64,000 nucleotides of DNA from Myxococcota bacterium (lineage in GTDB: Bacteria > Myxococcota_A > Polyangia > Nannocystales > Nannocystaceae). Below the pieces are notes generated by a model, which was not told the origin of the DNA, did not search any database, and was given only the letters and a program-made list of their open reading frames with translations. This document shows positions 62,400 through 64,000 of the stretch, in pieces. The translations under genes and the position numbers were made by a program. The DNA lies in assembly GCA_039194325.1 (NCBI GenBank), contig JBCCWC010000013.1:1-64000 (forward strand), in the 5' to 3' direction. The stretch's first letter is position 1. Each line of letters begins with the position of its first letter.

Positions 62400-63209
62400 A
62401 TGGTCGTCGACGCCTGGATCCAGCACCCCAACCCGTCCTTCCTCGCCGACGAGATGTTCACCAGCCTTCGCCGCTGGATGGGCATGACGACGGTCCCCAA
62501 CTCGATCCCCGTGCAGATGACCCTGAGCGCCCTCGACCTGGCCAAGGTCGATCGCGCCCTCGCCTGCGCCTGGTGGGGGCCCCGCGGTGCGCTGATCTCC
62601 AACGACGAGGTCGCCGCGACAGTGGCGGAGGCCCCCGAGCGCCTGGTGGGGATCGCCTCGGTCGACCTCCACCGCCCCATGGACGCGGTGCGCGAGCTTC
62701 GTCGCTGCGTGCGAGAGCTCGGCTTTCGCGGGGTACGGATCCTCCCCTGGCTGTGGGGCCTGCCGCCCGACGACCGCCGCTACTACCCGATCTACGCCGA
62801 GTGCATCGAGCTGGGGGTGCCCTTCTGCCTGCAGGTCGGTCACGCCGGCCCGCTGCGCCCGTCGGAGCCGGGACGCCCGATCCCCTACCTCGACCACGTG
62901 GCCTGCGAGTGGCCCGAGCTGACGATCGTGGGCGGGCACATCGGCTACCCGTGGACCGAGGAGATGCTCGCGCTCGTCCGCAAGTACCCCAATGTTTATA
63001 TCGATACCTCGGCGTATAAGCCCTCGCGCTATCCGGCGGCGCTGGTCGAGTACCTCCGTGGCCGCGGGCGCCACAAGATCTTGTTTGGGTCCAACTTTCC
63101 GATGATCAGCCCCAAGGATTGCCTCGATCAGCTCGAGTCGCTCGGGCTCGACGAGGAGGCGACCGAGCTGTTCACCGGCGGCAACGCGGTGCGGGTGTTC
63201 GGGCTGTAG
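62400..63209 (+). CDS. Amidohydrolase-2 family protein
   Basis: YYPIY..C.ELGVP, GGHIGYPW, NVYIDTSA, FGSNFP, GGNA.R. Confidence 0.88.
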   Translation: MVVDAWIQHPNPSFLADEMFTSLRRWMGMTTVPNSIPVQMTLSALDLAKVDRALACAWWGPRGALISNDEVAATVAEAPERLVGIASVDLHRPMDAVRELRRCVRELGFRGVRILPWLWGLPPDDRRYYPIYAECIELGVPFCLQVGHAGPLRPSEPGRPIPYLDHVACEWPELTIVGGHIGYPWTEEMLALVRKYPNVYIDTSAYKPSRYPAALVEYLRGRGRHKILFGSNFPMISPKDCLDQLESLGLDEEATELFTGGNAVRVFGL

Positions 63210-63227
63210 AGCAGGCGGCCGGAGCCG

Positions 63228-64000
63228 CTATTTCACCGCGATGCGCTCGACGAAGTGCGGCGCCTCGATGATGGCGGCCATGGTGCTCTGCAGGGTCGCG
63301 GCGTCGCCGCCCGAGAGCTCTTCGATCGCCTCGGGGTTGCAGCCGTCGAGCCCATATGTGTAGTACGAAAGGTACTCGGCGTAGCACGCCTGGGTCTCGG
63401 GCCGCGTGGCGAGGGCTTGGGCGAGGCTGTCGAGCCCGTCGAGCTCGATCTGCTCGCCGCCTTCCAAGCCGGCCAAGACGCCGCTGGCATCGATCGGGTG
63501 ACCATTCTCGACGTCGCGGTAGCGACCGAAGGTGTCGTAGTGCTCGAAGGCAAAGCCCACCGGGTCGATGAGGTTGTGGCAACCCGAGCACTGTCCATCG
63601 GTGGAGTGCTGCTCGTAGCGCTCGCGGTTGCTCGCGTCCTCGGCGATCGGCTGCAGGTTGGTGTCTACACCCGCGGGCGGCTCGGGCAGCTCCTGGCATA
63701 GAAGCCGGCGCCGCACGAGCACCCCGCGGGCGACCGGCGAGGAGTTGTCGGTGAGGGCGTGCCGCGCCAGGATCGACCCGTGCCCCAGAATGCCGGGAGC
63801 CCTCGCCCCGTCTCCTTCGGCGGGGATCTCGATCATCTGAGGATCGGGGGTGTTGGCCTGCCAAAGCCGGTAGAAGTGGCCCAGGTTCTGGTTGACGAAG
63901 GTGTAGTTGGCCGAGAGCAGCTCGGCCACGTCGCCTTGGCTGCCAAATAGGTGCAAGAACAGCGCGGTGGTCTCGGCCAGCATGTCCTGGCGGTGCTCGT
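63228..64000 (-). CDS. C-terminal part of a third DUF1592-family protein (runs off the window)
   Basis: SSPVARG, LLCQELPEPP, CSGCH, DPVGFAFEHYD. Confidence 0.88.
   Translation of the reverse strand, partial: EHRQDMLAETTALFLHLFGSQGDVAELLSANYTFVNQNLGHFYRLWQANTPDPQMIEIPAEGDGARAPGILGHGSILARHALTDNSSPVARGVLVRRRLLCQELPEPPAGVDTNLQPIAEDASNRERYEQHSTDGQCSGCHNLIDPVGFAFEHYDTFGRYRDVENGHPIDASGVLAGLEGGEQIELDGLDSLAQALATRPETQACYAEYLSYYTYGLDGCNPEAIEELSGGDAATLQSTMAAIIEAPHFVERIAVK

Overview
High-GC DNA whose gene content points to a myxobacterium (probably Nannocystis/Plesiocystis-like; inferred only from gene content): Ser/Thr kinase-TPR proteins, many Cys-rich lipoproteins, a MYXO-CTERM protein and three DUF1592-type genes, two paired with DUF1552. 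Two candidate peptide-modification (RiPP-like) systems stand out. (1) 24721-35214, minus strand: a ~2250-aa protein with six LamG-like domains ends in a 9-residue-periodic His-X-Asp tail (PHIDHIDIL-PHLDHFDVI-PHVDHFDVV-PHFDFW). It is followed by a tightly packed radical SAM/SPASM enzyme, a GYPxCC protein, an HExxH protein and a P-loop kinase, with no separate small precursor visible, so the core peptide appears fused to a giant protein. (2) 39970-46308, plus strand: an APH-type kinase, a HopA1-like lyase fused to a LanC cyclase, and an S8 protease, flanked by two unusual precursor candidates with repeated T-x3-C/[ST]-x4-C motifs; one is multi-core with AQAQ spacers. Also present: a frameshifted kinase, a 5'-truncated lipoprotein paralog, a ~200-bp leader duplicated before two glycosyltransferases, a MarR/haloalkane dehalogenase pair with a palindromic operator, and a perfect 36-bp palindrome. 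All family calls come from motif recognition by eye; no searches were run.
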